From NCBI RefSeq assembly GCF_046119375.1, contig NW_027362761.1, forward strand, positions 1,035,028,001-1,035,092,000: 64,000 nt of DNA, written 5' to 3'. Shown piece by piece: positions 37,401-52,270 of the stretch (positions are counted from its first letter, which is position 1; the number at the start of each line of letters is the position of its first letter). This DNA is from Phyllobates terribilis (lineage: Eukaryota). Below the pieces are notes generated by a model that did not search any database, was not told the origin of the DNA, and saw nothing but the letters and a program-made list of their open reading frames with translations. Position numbers and translations under genes: made by a program.

Positions 37401-37837
37401 TTTATCTGGAATACCACGTCACCTCTATAAAGTTTTTTCCATGACTTAGTAGCACTTAATATCTTTACATATACAGATACTGGCTGGTAAGCAGTCCATA
37501 CCGCCTTACATGTGTAGTGCGGCGCGAGGCGGTATCAGTGGTTGAGGCACTCGTCTTTTCCTGTTACGCCCCGGCACGCTACATGAACGAGTGGGTCCTG
37601 GTTGGGTGTTGGTGCTGTGAGGGCATTGCGCTCGTGCAGACCGCCTGTGGCCGATAGTGTTAGCCGGCCAGGACCATAGGCTTCAGTGTTCAATAAAGAA
37701 GACTTCAATTCTAAAACACAGTCTTTCCTGAACGGTAACTTGGTAAGGGTTATGCACAAGGAGTAGTGGGTACAAAGTCTTATGAATGTTTCTTTCACAG
37801 TGCAAAGCATTTTCACACATGTACTGTGGTATCCTTC

Positions 37838-40747
37838 CGACTCGCCCCCTGGGCTGTGGGGTACCCGGAACCAGACTTCAGTGCAATGTTGGGGGTAGTA
37901 GTGGCAACCCGATCCCGTGGCTCAGGGTGGTCAGACCAAATGCTGTGGCAGTCTATTTGTAGGGTTTTGAATGTCCGACTACGCCACCCGTGGATTGCGG
38001 TCAGGGATGACCGCCGCTGCAAGGCAGACTGCTGAGGCTGATGTTGGTATGCAGCACAGGGATAGGATAACTCCCCACAGGAAGAGTGTAGCCTCAGGGC
38101 AGTGTAATAGGATGCTGGGGGTGATGGTGCAGGCCGCAATAATAAGGGTTCAGAGTCTGCTTCAAACAGTCCATAGTAGTTACTATTGTAGTTAGTACTA
38201 ATGACCAAACAGGAGTACAAGGTAGGAATGGGCCTTGGGGTCTGAGAGCATTCGGGCGAGCCCCACTGGTCAGGGTGAGTGGGTAGGCCTACCGTTCTCT
38301 CTCTGCCCTTGCTGACTATCCCCCTTTTCGTGGTGTGATAGCCCCGTCCCTGAGCTGGCCATGTACTACGCCTGTATGGCTTGCGACTCGGGCCTTAGGA
38401 ACCTGTTGCTTCTCCGTGCTGTACTGGTCCCTCTGTGTGGCGGAGCCTCCAGGCTTCTCAGGCCAAGGGACCTGAAATCCCTCGCGGGTTGGTTATCTTC
38501 TGCCGGGCTTGCAACCCTGACAGCCTCGGACCCCAGTGTCCGGTTGTGTAGTTCTATCTCAGCCAGGACCGGCTCTCGTCGCCTCTGTCCCTGGCTTGCT
38601 GTTCCTCCTCTGCCTCCCGGACTCCTCAGCTGCTGCTGACCTGTCCCTTTCCTCTGGGAACCCTTCTGGATGCTTCAGAAGTGGGTCCTGGTCTCTCTAA
38701 CCCTGTCCTCAGTTCCAGATTTTATAGGGGCAGCCTGCTCCCCCTACTGGCCTGGGACAAGAGGTGCTGCATGCTAATGGTCCCTGACCAGGGAACCTCC
38801 CTTCTGCTCTCAGACACAGCCTATGATATTTGTGGCATCCAGGCCTGTGGTGACACATTCTCTCCTAGTAAATTTTAGTACTCCGGGACTAAACAAGAAA
38901 CACAAATACAGGGTATAAATGCATGACCATAAACACAACAGGGAAGGAAATAACAAACAACACCACATATTGAGTTCTTTCGGTCACAGTGTGGTCTGTG
39001 ACCGGGTGTCCATATCACCAACAAAAGAAGAGGGTCGCAGTATGATCCGTGACCGGGTATCCATTTCACCAACACAACGGGAGCCTTAACCAGGTGGGGG
39101 TCTGTCCTTGCCCCAAGTCCTTGACAGTCTTTATTTACTCCTTTGGTTAGGCTCCGAACATATTTACAAGGAAGTCCCGGTTACTCAAAGTCCATAACCT
39201 ATTAGTCCATATATCTACAAAACTGGAGAAACATTATTAGTAACCAGGGTACAAACATAACACATTAAATAGATACATTATACATTTAGATCTTCCAGCG
39301 AGCTGGTATTTGACCCCTAGTGCTCCGGGTTGACCTCCGTAACCCACTGTCTGGTGGTGGTCTAACCTGGCTTTCCCCACTAGTATTTAGGGTATTGCTA
39401 CTAGCTGGGTTTACAGGCAGGGCAGGCAGCTGTCTGCGGGTTCTTTGGCTTACTGCAGGCATGGCAGGCTCACTGTCAGCAGAGGGTTGACTCTCCTGGG
39501 CTGCTGGCAAGGGTTCTTCTGCCTCTGGGGCTGCTTGCTCTTCTTGTTCTTCCTGCTCTCCTGTAGGCTCTTGCTGGGTAGGGAGAAGGAAGTGTAGGAC
39601 GGGTACCACTATGGCATCATTTATCCGAGTCCAGGTCCGGGGGAACTCTCCGAGAACTGTGCTGATCATTTCTTCCTTGTCCTCTGCGGGTTCAAGGTCA
39701 TCTTGATCTTCACTTGGACTCTGTAGTTGCTCGGGGCACCATTTTAGGTGGTCTCTGGAGAAGGTGCTAGTGGTTTCTCCTCCATCCTTGGTAATCACAC
39801 ATACCTTCGGGTTGTTGTGGTCGGACTGCAGTACTGTGTACGGGTCTCTCTCCCACTGGTCGTCCAGCTTGTGAAGCCTTCTCTTCCGCTTCAGGACCTG
39901 CTCACCAGGTTCCAGGGGACCAGCAGGGGCGTGTTGGTTGAAGAGCCTCTCTTGCTTTCCTCTCGCTTGAGCCAGGCTCCTCTCCACACTCTCCTGTACC
40001 TTCTTGCATTGTAGCCGCCGTTACGTATCCCAGTCAGCGTCTGGGGAGGTGTCCTCAGGTGTCAGGACTCCCATCTCCAGGTCTATAGGCAGCTTACCTG
40101 GTCTTGCTCGCATCAGGTAAGCCGGGGTGCAATTTGTAGCATTCACCGGGATATGGTTGTACAAGTCAATCAGGTCTGGCAGCTTCTCCGGCCAGAGGCT
40201 GCGTTCTTCCAGGGGCAACATCTTGAGGAGATCAATGATAATATTGTTCATTTTCTCACACAGCCCGTTGGTTTGCGGGTGGTACGGCGTTGTCCGAATC
40301 TTCCTACAGCCGTAGAGGTTGCAGAACTCCTGGAAGACTTCCGCCTCAAACGCTGGACCTTGATCTGTCAAGACCTGTTCCGGATACCCGTGTGGACGGC
40401 AGAAGTGTTGCTGGAAGGCTCTGGCTGCTGTTTGGGCTGTCAGGTCTTTAACAGGAACCACCACCAGGAATCGGGAGTAATGGTCCACAATCGTGAGGGC
40501 ATAGACGTAGCCGGACCGGCTTGGAGCCAACTTCACATGGTCCAGAGCTACTAGCTCAAGAGGCTGCCTGGTGACGATGGGCCTCAAGGGTGTCTTCTGG
40601 CTGGTACGGTCCTTCCTTCTGAGGTGGCATGGGCCGCAGTCCCTGCTCCACTTTTCTATGGCCCCTCTCATACCGATCCAGTAGAACCGATCTCTCAGTA
40701 GGAACTCCAGTTTCTTCCACCCGAAGTGTCCCGCTCTGTCATGGTAG
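37838..40747 (-). mobile_element. Gypsy-3: 3' LTR (37838-38857), PPT and integrase, cut at 40748 by the chromovirus
   Basis: Integrase ORFs 40021-40671 and 39286-39987 are in frame across a TAA; clearly homologous to the Gypsy-1 integrase (PLELVALDHVKL); PPT at about 38858-38872. Confidence 0.88.
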
Positions 40748-41182
40748 TGTTATGATCTGCTACAAGCACTAAGGAAAGAAAGGAGATCTGTCCCTACAAT
40801 AGAACTAAGCTAGATCCCTACGATGTAACGGGGAACCTGATCCTGCGATCAGACCCGCTAAAGTCCTCGGCTAGTCTGTACGAAGACCTATAAATGCAAG
40901 GGAGGTATCCCTACAAGAACTAGGGACTGAGATAAAGTTGGACACCTCCTAGCAGAAATTGTAGCAGTAAAAGACAAACACACAACATAGAACATAAAGG
41001 TCCGAAGACCTAGCTAAACGGACTGAGAAAGGTAACTAAGCACCAGGCTAGCTTAAGAGTAGAAATTACAATGAAGTCCAGCAAGGCCAGGAGGGCAGAG
41101 CAGGATTAAATAGGCAAAAAAGGTCATGTGACCAGCAAGATAGAAAAAACCTAACAGGAGAGTTCTAACAGTACCCCCACTT

Positions 41183-44026
41183 CTATGAGGATCCTCCGGA
41201 TCCCCTAGGCCCAGGCTTTTCAGGAAACCTCTTGTGAAATGCTCTGACAAGTCTGGAAACAGAAACATCATCCGCCCTCACCCATGAGTTATCCTCGGGT
41301 CCGAAACCCTTCCAAGCGACGAGATACTGCAAACTCCCTCTATACCGTCTAGAATTTAGGATGCGGGAAATTTCGTATTCCCCGTCCTCCACCACCGGAG
41401 GAACAGTGGCAGAGGCGTCTCCATCCGACACATAAGCTCTTTTCAACAGAGAAGCATGAAACACCGGATTAATCTTCCAGGAGGTAGGAACCTCCAACCT
41501 AACAGCAGATTGGTTAACTACCTGAAGCACCTTAAAGGGCCCTACAAACTTGGGACCCAATTTTTTAGAAGGAATCCTCAACCGCAGATTCTTAGAGGAC
41601 AACCAAACCATGTCACCAATAGCAAACAAAACCTCTTGCTGTTTCCTATCAAAGTACCTCTTAGATTTTTTGCTAGCCTCCTGAAGATTACCACGCACAT
41701 CCGTCCAAACTCTCTCCAAATCACCGGAAAAACTCTCCTGCTCAGGCACAGCCGATACCAATTTGGAGAATGACCCAAAAGACGGATGTCTCCCAGAACA
41801 ACAAAAAAAAGGCGAACAACCAGCAGAAGAGGATGTATGGTTGTTAAGAGCAAACTCAGCAAGTGGCAGAAACTCAGACCACCCCTCCTGATGGTCTGCA
41901 CCAAAACAACGCAAGAACTGCTCAACATCCTGATTCTTCCTTTCTGTCTGGCCATTAGACTCAGGATGATATCCGGATGAAAACGACAAATGAACTCCCA
42001 ACCTGTCACAAAAAGCACGCCAAAACAGAGCCACGAACTGAGGTCCCCTATCCGAAACAATGTCAGTAGCAACGCCATGTAGTCTGACAATTTCCTTGAC
42101 AAAGGCCTTAGCGAGTGTCTTAGCGCAGGGCAGTTTGATGAAAGGAACCAAGTGACACATCTTGCTAAAACGGTCCACGACCACCCAGATGACTGTGAAA
42201 CCCTCAGAGGGGGGGAAGGTCAGTAATAAAGTCCATAGCCAGATGTGTCCAAGGTGCACTAGGAACCTCCAGAGGGCAAAGCAACCCCGCTGCAGGAGTA
42301 TGTGAAGACTTAGATCTAGCACACACCGTACATTGACGCACCCACTTAATGACTTCCTTCTGCCATCCAGGCCACCAAAAACTGCGACCCACAAGTCTCT
42401 TGGTCTCAGAAATTCCTGGATGACCTGCCAACCGAGACTCATGACACTCAAACAAATCTCTCCTAAAGGTCCTAGGCACAAACAACCTCCCATGGGGAGT
42501 GTTAGATGGGGCATTCTCCTGTGCTTTAAGAATCTCATCTTCCAAAACGGAGTCCAATGCAGCAATCACAACGCCTTCTTGTAAAATGCTCCCCTCCTCC
42601 TCAGCACCGACCATGGGAGAAAAGCTGCGAGACAAAGCATCAGCTTTAACATTCTTGGTACCCGGGATGTAAGTAACGGAAAAATTAAACCGCGAGAAAA
42701 AAAGTGCCCACCTAGCCTGACGGGCATTCAAGCGCTTGGCAGCATCAAGATAGATCAGATTTTTATGATCAGTGAAAACCTGAATGGGAAATTCAGCACC
42801 TTCCAAGAGATGACGCCAGTGTTCAAATGCGAGTTTAATAGCCAGCAATTCCCGATTACCAATATCGTAATTAAGTTCAGTCTCAGAAAATTTTTTTGAA
42901 AAAAAAGCACAGGGATGTACTCCATCCTTGTTTTTCTGAGACAACACCGCACCGACCCCCACCGAAGAAGCATCAACCTCAACTAAAAACGGCTTAGTCA
43001 CATCAGGCTGCATAAGTATGGGAGCAGAGGTGAACCTCTCCTTTAGAAACACAAAAGCTTCAATGGCCTCAGAAGTCCACTGAACCGCATTAGCACCTTT
43101 CCTGGTGAGATCGGTCAGTGGTTTGACAATAATAGAAAAATTTTTAATGAATTTTCTGTAATAATTGGCGAAACCCAAAAACCTCTGTATCGATTTCAAA
43201 CCAATAGGCCTAGGCCATTCCTGCACAGCTTGAACTTTAACCGGGTCCATCTCAAAGCCCTCACTCGAGATAATGTAGCCCAAAAAACTAATTCTCTGTA
43301 CAGCGAACTCACATTTCTCCAGCTTAGCAAAAAGCGAATTGTCAATTAATAACTGTAATACCTCACGTACGCTCCGCCAATGAGACTCCAGATCCGGTGA
43401 ATAAATCAAAATGTCATCCAAATACACAACCACATTTTTGCCGATCTAAGGTCTAAGGATGTCATTAATAAGATTCTGAAAAAATGCTGGAGCATTGGTA
43501 AGACCAAAAGGCATAACCAGATTCTCAAAATGACCCACAGGAGTGTTAAAAGCAGTCTTCCATTCATCACCCTCCTTCATGCGCAACAAATTGTATGCCC
43601 CCCGGAGATCAATTTTAGAGAACCACTTGGCCCCCACTAACTGGTTAAACAAATCAGGAATCAATGGCAGTGGGTAAGGATTGCGTACAGTAATTTTATT
43701 AATCTCACGAAAATCCAGACAAGGACGTAAACCGCAAAAAAAAATCCAACAGCCACAGGAGACTTGGAAGGCCTAATGTGACCGGCGGCCAAGCTTGTCT
43801 GTATGTATTCCTCCAAAGCCTTTCTCTCAGGAATAGTAAGATTAAATAAACGACTTTTAGGAAGAGTCGCTCCAGGGACAAATTCAATGGTACAATCATA
43901 GTCTCTATGGGGAGGCAAAATTTGTGACATCTCCTCAGAAAAAAACTCGACAAAAATCCTGAATAGGTACAGGTAATTCCCCTTTTTCCACCGCAGCAAT
44001 ACGTCCGTAACAACACTTGTCATAAC
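41183..44026 (-). pseudogene. pol: Chromovirus pol (RT, RNase H, integrase, chromodomain), frameshifted
   Basis: [37 protein letters not shown] and the chromodomain YEISRIL...YLVAWKGFGPEDNSW. Confidence 0.93.
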
Positions 44027-44943
44027 TAGAGATGAGCGTTGTTCTACTCGAACTGTTCGCCAATCTCAAATTCGAGCTGTTTTGGGCGGTGTTCGAGCCA
44101 TTCGGCGAACACGAACGATTTGAGAAAAATTCGGCTGTTCGAGGTTATGTTCGATAACTGTTCGTGCACCAAAATCATAACTGGATTTTTTCTCAGTAAT
44201 GATGAAAATTAATGTTAATACGCAGTTTGAGTGTACAGCGAGGTGGGGGGAGGGGCAGGGGATGGATCTCTGCAGGAATAATGAAGATCTCCATTTTTTT
44301 TTCTCTTTCCCGCATTTGCAGTGGGGAGGTGCAGTCTGTCAGCCTATCAGCAGCGCACACACGGAGCGAACTGCTGTTTTTCACACAAGCAAGGGCATGT
44401 GTCATTGGCAGTGTATGTCACATGTCCTTGCCCTATAAGACCAAGCCATTTTCCCCGTCGCCACCATTTTCTCACTGCTGCAGCTGCGTGTTAGACGGCA
44501 CCGCTGTTGCTGTGTGCGCTATACCTTGTTAATTTCAAGCCAATTTTCGCACAAATCTACAGATAGCTTGGGAGTAGGGAATAGTTGTGATTGCAGTCCT
44601 TTTAAGGACTAGGTTACAGCATTTCCTACGACTTTTATCAGGCAGGTCTGTGCTCTTAAATAGATAGATTGTGGGAGTAAAGACTAATTGTAATTGCAGT
44701 CCTTTTCAGGACTAGGTTACATCAGTTCCTATCAGTTTTTGCCAGGCAGGTCTGTGCCAGTGCTGTGCAAGTTTTTTTCACAGCATTTGGCTGAATCTAG
44801 CAAAGCTAATCCTTTTTGGCCTATTGCAGAGTGTGTTAGTTAGTGGAGTAGCCTATCTGTGTTGCAAGATATACCACCTGTGTATAGAATACCAATTTTT
44901 TTACTGCACCTAGTGAAGTAAAATCTTTTGGGCATAGCATCAC

Positions 44944-47900
44944 TCTATTAGTCCATCTATACTGACCTCCATCAGGTTGCAAATTGAATATAATTTTTTT
45001 CTGCATCTAGCTCTGAAAAAATATTTGGCCTTCTAGCAGTGTGTGGGACTTGTTCTATTAGTCCATCTATACTGACCTCCATCAGGTTGCAAACTGAATA
45101 TAATTTTTTTCTGCATCTAGCTCTGAAAAAATATTTGGCCTTCTAGCAGTGTGTGGGACTTTCTCTATTAGTCCATCTATACTGACCTCCATCAGGTTGC
45201 AAATTAAAAATAATTTTTATCTGCATCTAGATCTGAAAAAATATTTGGCCTTCTAGCAGTGTGTGGGACTTTCTCTATTAGTCCATCTATACTGACCTCC
45301 ATCAGGTTGCAAATTAAAAATAATTTTTATCTGCATCTACCTCTGAAAAAATATTTGGGCTTCTAGCTGTGTGTGGGACTTGTTCTATTAGTCCATCTAT
45401 ACTGACCTCCATCAGGTTGCAAACTGAATATAATTTTTTTCTGCATCTAGCTCTGAAAAAATATTTGGCCTTCTAGCAGTGTGTGGGACTTTCTCTATTA
45501 GTCCATCTATACTGACCTCCATCAGGTTGCAAACTGAATATATTTTTTTTCTGCATCTACCTCTGAAAAAATATTGGGCTTCTAGCTGTGTGTGGGACTT
45601 GTTCTATTAATCCATCTATACAGACCTCCATCAGGTTGCAAACTGAATATATTTTTTTTCTGCATCTACCTCTGAAAAAATATTGGGCTTCTAGCTGTGT
45701 GTGGGACTTGTTCTATTAATCCATCTATACAGACCTCCATCAGGTTGCAAACTGAATATATTTTTTTTCTGCATCTACCTCTGAAAAAATATTGGGCTTC
45801 TAGCTGTGTGTGGGACTTGTTCTATTAATCCATCTATACAGACCTCCATCAGGTTGCAAACTGAATATAATTTTTTTCTGCATCTAGCTCTGAAAAAATA
45901 GTTGGCCTTCTAGCAGTGTGTGGGACTTTCTCTATTAGTCCATCTATACTGACCTCCATCAGGTTGCAAATTAAAAATAATTTTTATCTGCATCTAGCTC
46001 TGAAAAAATATTTGGCCTTCTAGCAGTGTGTGGGACTTTCTCTATTAGTCCATCTATACTGACCTCCATCAGGTTGCAAATTAAAAATAATTTTTATCTG
46101 CATCTACCTCTGAAAAAATATTTGGGCTTCTAGCTGTGTGTGGGACTTGTTCTATTAGTCCATCTATACTGACCTCCATCAGGTTGCAAACTGAATATAA
46201 TTTTTTTCTGCATCTAGCTCTGAAAAAATATTTGGCCTTCTAGCAGTGTGTGGGACTTTCTCTATTAGTCCATCTATACTGACCTCCATCGGGTTGCAAA
46301 TTAAAAATAATTTTTATCTGCATCTAGATCTGAAAAAATATTTGGCCTTCTAGCAGTGTGTGGGACTTTCTCTATTAGTCCATCTATACTGACCTCCATC
46401 AGGTTGCAAATTAAAAATAATTTTTATCTGCATCTACCTCTGAAAAAATATTTGGGCTTCTAGCTGTGTGTGGGACTTGTTCTATTAGTCCATCTATACT
46501 GACCTCCATCAGGTTGCAAACTGAATATAATTTTTTTCTGCATCTAGCTCTGAAAAAATATTTGGCCTTCTAGCAGTGTGTGGGACTTTCTCTATTAGTC
46601 CATCTATACTGACCTCCATCAGGTTGCAAACTGAATATATTTTTTTTCTGCATCTACCTCTGAAAAAATATTGGGCTTCTAGCTGTGTGTGGGACTTGTT
46701 CTATTAATCCATCTATACAGACCTCCATCAGGTTGCAAACTGAATATATTTTTTTTCTGCATCTACCTCTGAAAAAATATTGGGCTTCTAGCTGTGTGTG
46801 GGACTTGTTCTATTAATCCATCTATACAGACCTCCATCAGGTTGCAAACTGAATATATTTTTTTTCTGCATCTACCTCTGAAAAAATATTGGGCTTCTAG
46901 CTGTGTGTGGGACTTGTTCTATTAATCCATCTATACAGACCTCCATCAGGTTGCAAACTGAATATATTTTTTTTCTGCATCTACCTCTGAAAAAATATTG
47001 GGCTTCTAGCTGTGTGTGGGACTTGTTCTATTAATCCATCTATACAGACCTCCATCAGGTTGCAAACTGAATATAATTTTTTTCTGCATCTAGCTCTGAA
47101 AAAATAGTTGGCCTTCTAGCAGTGTGTGGGACTTTCTCTATGAGTCCATCTATACTGACCTCCATCAGGTTGCAAATTAAAAATAATTTTTATCTGCATC
47201 TAGCTCTGAAAAAATATTTGGCCTTCTAGCAGTGTGTGGGACTTTCTCTATTAGTCCATCTATACTGACCTCCATCAGGTTGCAAATTAAAAATAATTTT
47301 TATCTGCATCTACCTCTGAAAAAATATTTGGGCTTCTAGCTGTGTGTGGGACTTGTTCTATTAGTCCATCTATACTGACCTCCATCAGGTTGCAAACTGA
47401 ATATAATTTTTTTCTGCATCTAGCTCTGAAAAAATATTTGGCCTTCTAGTAGTGTGTGGGACTTTCTCTATTAGTCCATCTATACTGACCTCCATCAGGT
47501 TGCAAATTAAAAATAATTTTTATCTGCATCTAGATCTGAAAAAATATTTGGCCTTCTAGCAGTGTGTGGGACTTTCTCTATTAGTCCATCTATACTGACC
47601 TCCATCAGGTTGCAAACTGAATATAATTTTTTTCTGCATCTACCTCTGAAAAAATATTGGGCTTCTAGCTGTGTGTGGGACTTGTTCTATTAATCCATCT
47701 ATACAGATCTCCATCAGGTTGCAAACTGAATATATTTTTTTTCTGCATCTACCTCTGAAAAAATATTGGGCTTCTAGCTGTGTGTGGGACTTGTTCTATT
47801 AATCCATCTATACAGACCTCCATCAGGTTGCAAACTGAATATATATTTTTTCTGCATCTACCTCTGAAAAAATATTGGGCTTCTAGCTGTGTGTGGGACT

Positions 47901-48960
47901 TGTTCTATTAATCCATCTATACAGACCTCCATCAGGTTGCAAACTGAATATAATTTTTTTCTGCATCTAGCTCTGAAAAAATAGTTGGCCTTCTAGCAGT
48001 GTGTGGGACTTTCTCTATTAGTCCATCTATACTGACCTCCATCAGGTTGCAAATTAAAAATAATTTTTATCTGCATCTACCTCTGAAAAAATATTTGGGC
48101 TTCTAGCTGTGTGTGGGACTTGTTCTATTAGTCCATCTATACTGACCTCCATCAGGTTGCAAACTGAATATAATTTTTTTCTGCATCTAGCTCTGAAAAA
48201 ATATTTGTCCTTCTAGTAGTGTGTGGGACTTTCTCTATTAGTTCATCTATACTGACCTCCATCAGGTTGCAAATTAAAAATAATTTTTATCTCCATCTAG
48301 CTCTGAAAAAATATTTGGCCTTCTAGCAGTGTGTGGGACTTTCTCTATTAGTCCATCTATACTGACCTCCATCAGGTTGCAAATTAAAAATATTTTTTTT
48401 TCTGCATCTACCTCTGAAAAATATTGGGCTTCTAGCTGTGTGTGGGACTTGTTCTATTAATCCATCTATACAGACCTCCATCAGGTTGCAAACTGAATAT
48501 AATTTTTTTCTGCATCTACCTCTGAAAAAATATTTGGGCTTCTAGCTGTGTATGGGACTTGTTCTATTAGTCCATCTATACTGACCTCCATCAGGTTGCA
48601 AACTGAATATAATTTTTTTCTGCATCTAGCTCTGAAAAAATATTTGGCCTTCTAGCAGTGTGTGGGACTTGTTCTATTAGTCCACCTATACTGACCTCCA
48701 TCAGGTTGCAAATTCAAAATAATTTTTTGTCTGCATCTAGCTCTGAAAAAATATTTGGCCTTCTAGCAGTGTGTGGGACTTTCTCTATTAGTCCATCTAT
48801 ACTGACCTCCATCAGGTTGCAAACTGAATATATTTTTTTTCTGCATCTACCTCTGAAAAAATATTTGGGCTTCTAGCTGTGTGTGGGACTTGTTCTATTA
48901 GTCCATCTATACTGACCTCCATCAGGTTGCAAATCGAATATAATTTTTTTCTCCATCTAA
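44944..48960. repeat. 110-bp tandem array, about 36 copies, inside the hAT 5' region
   Basis: TCTATTAGTCCATCTATACTGACC recurs at 44944, 45054, 45164 and onward; diverged copies at about 57800-58060. Confidence 0.96.
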
Positions 48961-51900
48961 CCCAGCCAATAGTTTTGGCCTAATACCACAGTTTGGCCAC
49001 TCAGCTCTGCTCGGTTCCCATCCATTGTTTTTTTGTGCAAACAACTCAAGAGTTGTGAATTAGTTAACCACCAAAATGAGTGGAAAAAGACCTGCTGCTG
49101 GTGGAAAGGGGAATAGGCGTGTTGGGAAGGGGAAAAAAGGTTGTGTCCGTGGGGTAGGTGTTAAAGCAACAGTAACATCTGCAGAAGAAAGACCATCTTC
49201 CAGCCAAACTAAAATGTCTACTTCTTTTAGCGGACAATGTGATAAGATCCCTTTCTTACGGCCACGGCAATCGCTACAAATTCCAGATGAGGCACAAAAA
49301 CAGCAGGTGCTTCAACGGATATCAAGTGCTCCTTTAAGTGGGCTCTCCTCCACATCAACTTCAACATCACAAATACTCCAGTCCTCAAAGGTGTCACCCC
49401 AATCGCACTTGCTTCCTCACAGCTCCCAAATCTCCAGCTGCCCGTCTGAGTATGAGGTAGAACAGATGGTTGAGTCTGCAGAGCTGTTTACTCATACTAT
49501 AGCCTGGGAATCAGAGGTCGACTCCAGCGCTTCTGTGAATCCAGACGAGGAAATGATCTGCACTGATGCCCAGAATCTTTATGAGTCGGATCCAGGACCA
49601 GACGCAGAAGGTTCTGACCATAATGTAGACCCTCATTCCCAAACTGTAACTCCTGTTGGTGGAGACAATGAGGAAGACGATGATGAGACTCAAATACCTG
49701 ATTGGAGTGACAACTTTAGTTTTTTGTCAGGGCAGGAAGAGGTTGGCTCTGAGGACGACGGGTGTGATAATGCACAGGGTGATGATGATGAGGTTGGAGA
49801 TCCCACTTACTGTCAACCCACAGTCAGCCAAGAGATGAGGTCAGCAGAGGAGGTGGAGGAAGATGCTAGTGACGTCGAGGTCAGGTTGCGCCTTCCTGGA
49901 CAGAGACGTAGTACTGGAAGCACGTCAACAACTGCATCCTCAAACACAACTCTGCCTCTCACCACAAGTCGTGGTGGCTCTTCAGGTCGCATGGGTGCTA
50001 AACCTTGCACAGCCTGGGCATTTTTTCAGATAGATAAAGATGACCCAACTCGTGTTATCTGTAACATTTGTCAGCAAAAGCTAAGTAGAGGCCAAAAAAT
50101 ACATAGTTTGAGTACTTCATGCATGAACCGGCACATGGACATGAAGCATAAGTTGCAGTGGGAAGCTCAGTGTGCTACAATGCGGCCTAGCCGGCCGGGC
50201 CAACCACCGTCTGCCATATCTTGTGCATCCGCGGCCTCTTCATCCTCTGGGACTGGGGGGACAGCAGTCACACCTGTTTTGGGGCGCAGACCTGCCACCT
50301 CTTTACCCGCAACAGCCAGCGTGATTGGCAGGTCATCATTTTCTTTGGAGGTGGTAACACCAGCTGGTGTTGAGAGCTGTCCGACATCGATAGCACCACC
50401 TTTGGATCAAGGCAACCTAACATGTCCGCCTGCATCTTCCTCACAGACCGGCAGTTTGCCGGGGACACCCTTATCAACCCCGTCTAAGCACAATAGCCAG
50501 CCCTCGGTCCCTCAGATGTGGACAAGTAAAAGACCATTTCCTCCTAGCCATGAGAAAGCTAAGAGGTTGAATTTCACCATCTGCAAGCTCTTGGCTACAG
50601 AAATGCTGCCTTTCCGCCTGGTGGACACAGAGGATTTTCGAGACCTTATGTCCGTCGCAGTGCCCCAGTACCAGATGCCCAGTCGGCACTACTTCTCAAA
50701 GAAAGGTGTGCCTGCGCTCCACCAGCATGTCGCACACAACATCACCACTTCTTTGAGAAACTCTGTGTGTGACAGGGTGCATTTCACCACAGACACTTGG
50801 ACGAGTAGGCATGGACAGGGGCGTTACATGTCGCTGACTGGGCACTGGGTAACTATGGTGACAGCAGGACAAGGGGCTGCTGTCCAAGTCTTGCCGTCCC
50901 CACGAGTTGTGCGTCAATCCTCTTTATGTCAAAGTTCCTCCACTGCTTCTGCCTCCTCAACCTCCTCTCGGTCTTCCACCTGCACCCAAAGCCTGTCTGG
51001 TCATGCCACAAGCTTTCTAACTGCGCAGAAGGGATCCTGCACACCTCCTTACTATGCTGGCAGTAGGGCTCAACGTCATCAGGCGGTTTTTACTTTGAAA
51101 TGTCTGGGAAATGTGAGTCACACAGCTGAGGAGTTGTGGTCAGCTCTGGAGAACCAATTTCATGAATGGTTGTCTCCCCTGGACCTGAAACCAGGGAAGG
51201 CCGTGTGCGACAATGCTGCAAACCTGGGTGCGGCCCTTCGCCGGGGCAATGTCACACACGTGCCTTGTATGGCTCACGTGTTGAACCTGGTTGTCCAGCA
51301 ATTTTTAGCCCACTATCCCAGACTAGATGGCCTTCTGCAGAGGGCACGGTCGCTGTGTGCTCACTTCCGCCGTTCGCATCCCGCAGCTCAGCGACTTACA
51401 TCTCTACAGAAGTCGTTGGGCCTGCCACTTCACCGGCTAAAATGCGATGTGCCTACCCGGTGGAATTCAACTCTGCACATGTTGCAGCGACTGTGGCAGC
51501 ACCGACAAGCCCTGGTGCAATACGTTCTGACGTATAGCCTGGGCCAACGAGATCCAGAGGTGGGGCAAATCACGCTGGAGGAGTGGTCTCAGATCAGGGA
51601 CCTATGCACCCTTCTGCACAGTTTTGAAATGGCGACGAAGATGTTTAGTGCTGACGATGCCATTATCAGCATGACTATTCCGGTGATTTACATGCTGGAG
51701 CACATGTTAAACAGAATTCGGAGTCAGGTGGTGGCACAAGAGGAGGTGGAGGAAGTAGAGGAGGAGGAGTTGTATGCGGAAGGGCTAACATCTGCAAGGT
51801 CCAGACGGTCGGCAGCACCAAGGCGGCAGGCATGTGAGGGTGGGGGAGATGGTTTTACCAGGGCGCATGGTAGCAGCCAAACTAGTGAGGAAGGTGCAGG

Positions 51901-52270
51901 AGCCCAGGAAGAAGTGGAGGACGAACTGATGGAAGACTCATCAGATGAGGGAGACCTTGATCACATTTCTGTTGTGCAAGGTTGCGGGGAGAGGACAGAG
52001 GAAGGAAGCATGATTGTTACCTCGCCACCAACACAACAGGGACTTGGTGCTCCTGGATAGTGTTGAGCCACCCCCGTAGTGTTCGGGTTCGGTTCGGTTC
52101 GTCAAACACCGGGATGTTCGAGGAACTGTTCGTCGAACTGTTCGTCGAACACCTTAGAACACCGTCGAACACCGTTAAAACCAATGGCAGGCAAACAAAA
52201 ACACATAGGAACACATAGAAAACACCTTCAAAGGTGTCCAAAAGCTGACAAACTGCTCAGAAGACGCTTT

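Noticed and set aside
37511-37837. Possible additional LTR fragment left of Gypsy-3 (TG start, AATAAA)
   Set aside because: No partner copy, TSD or CA end is identifiable in the window.
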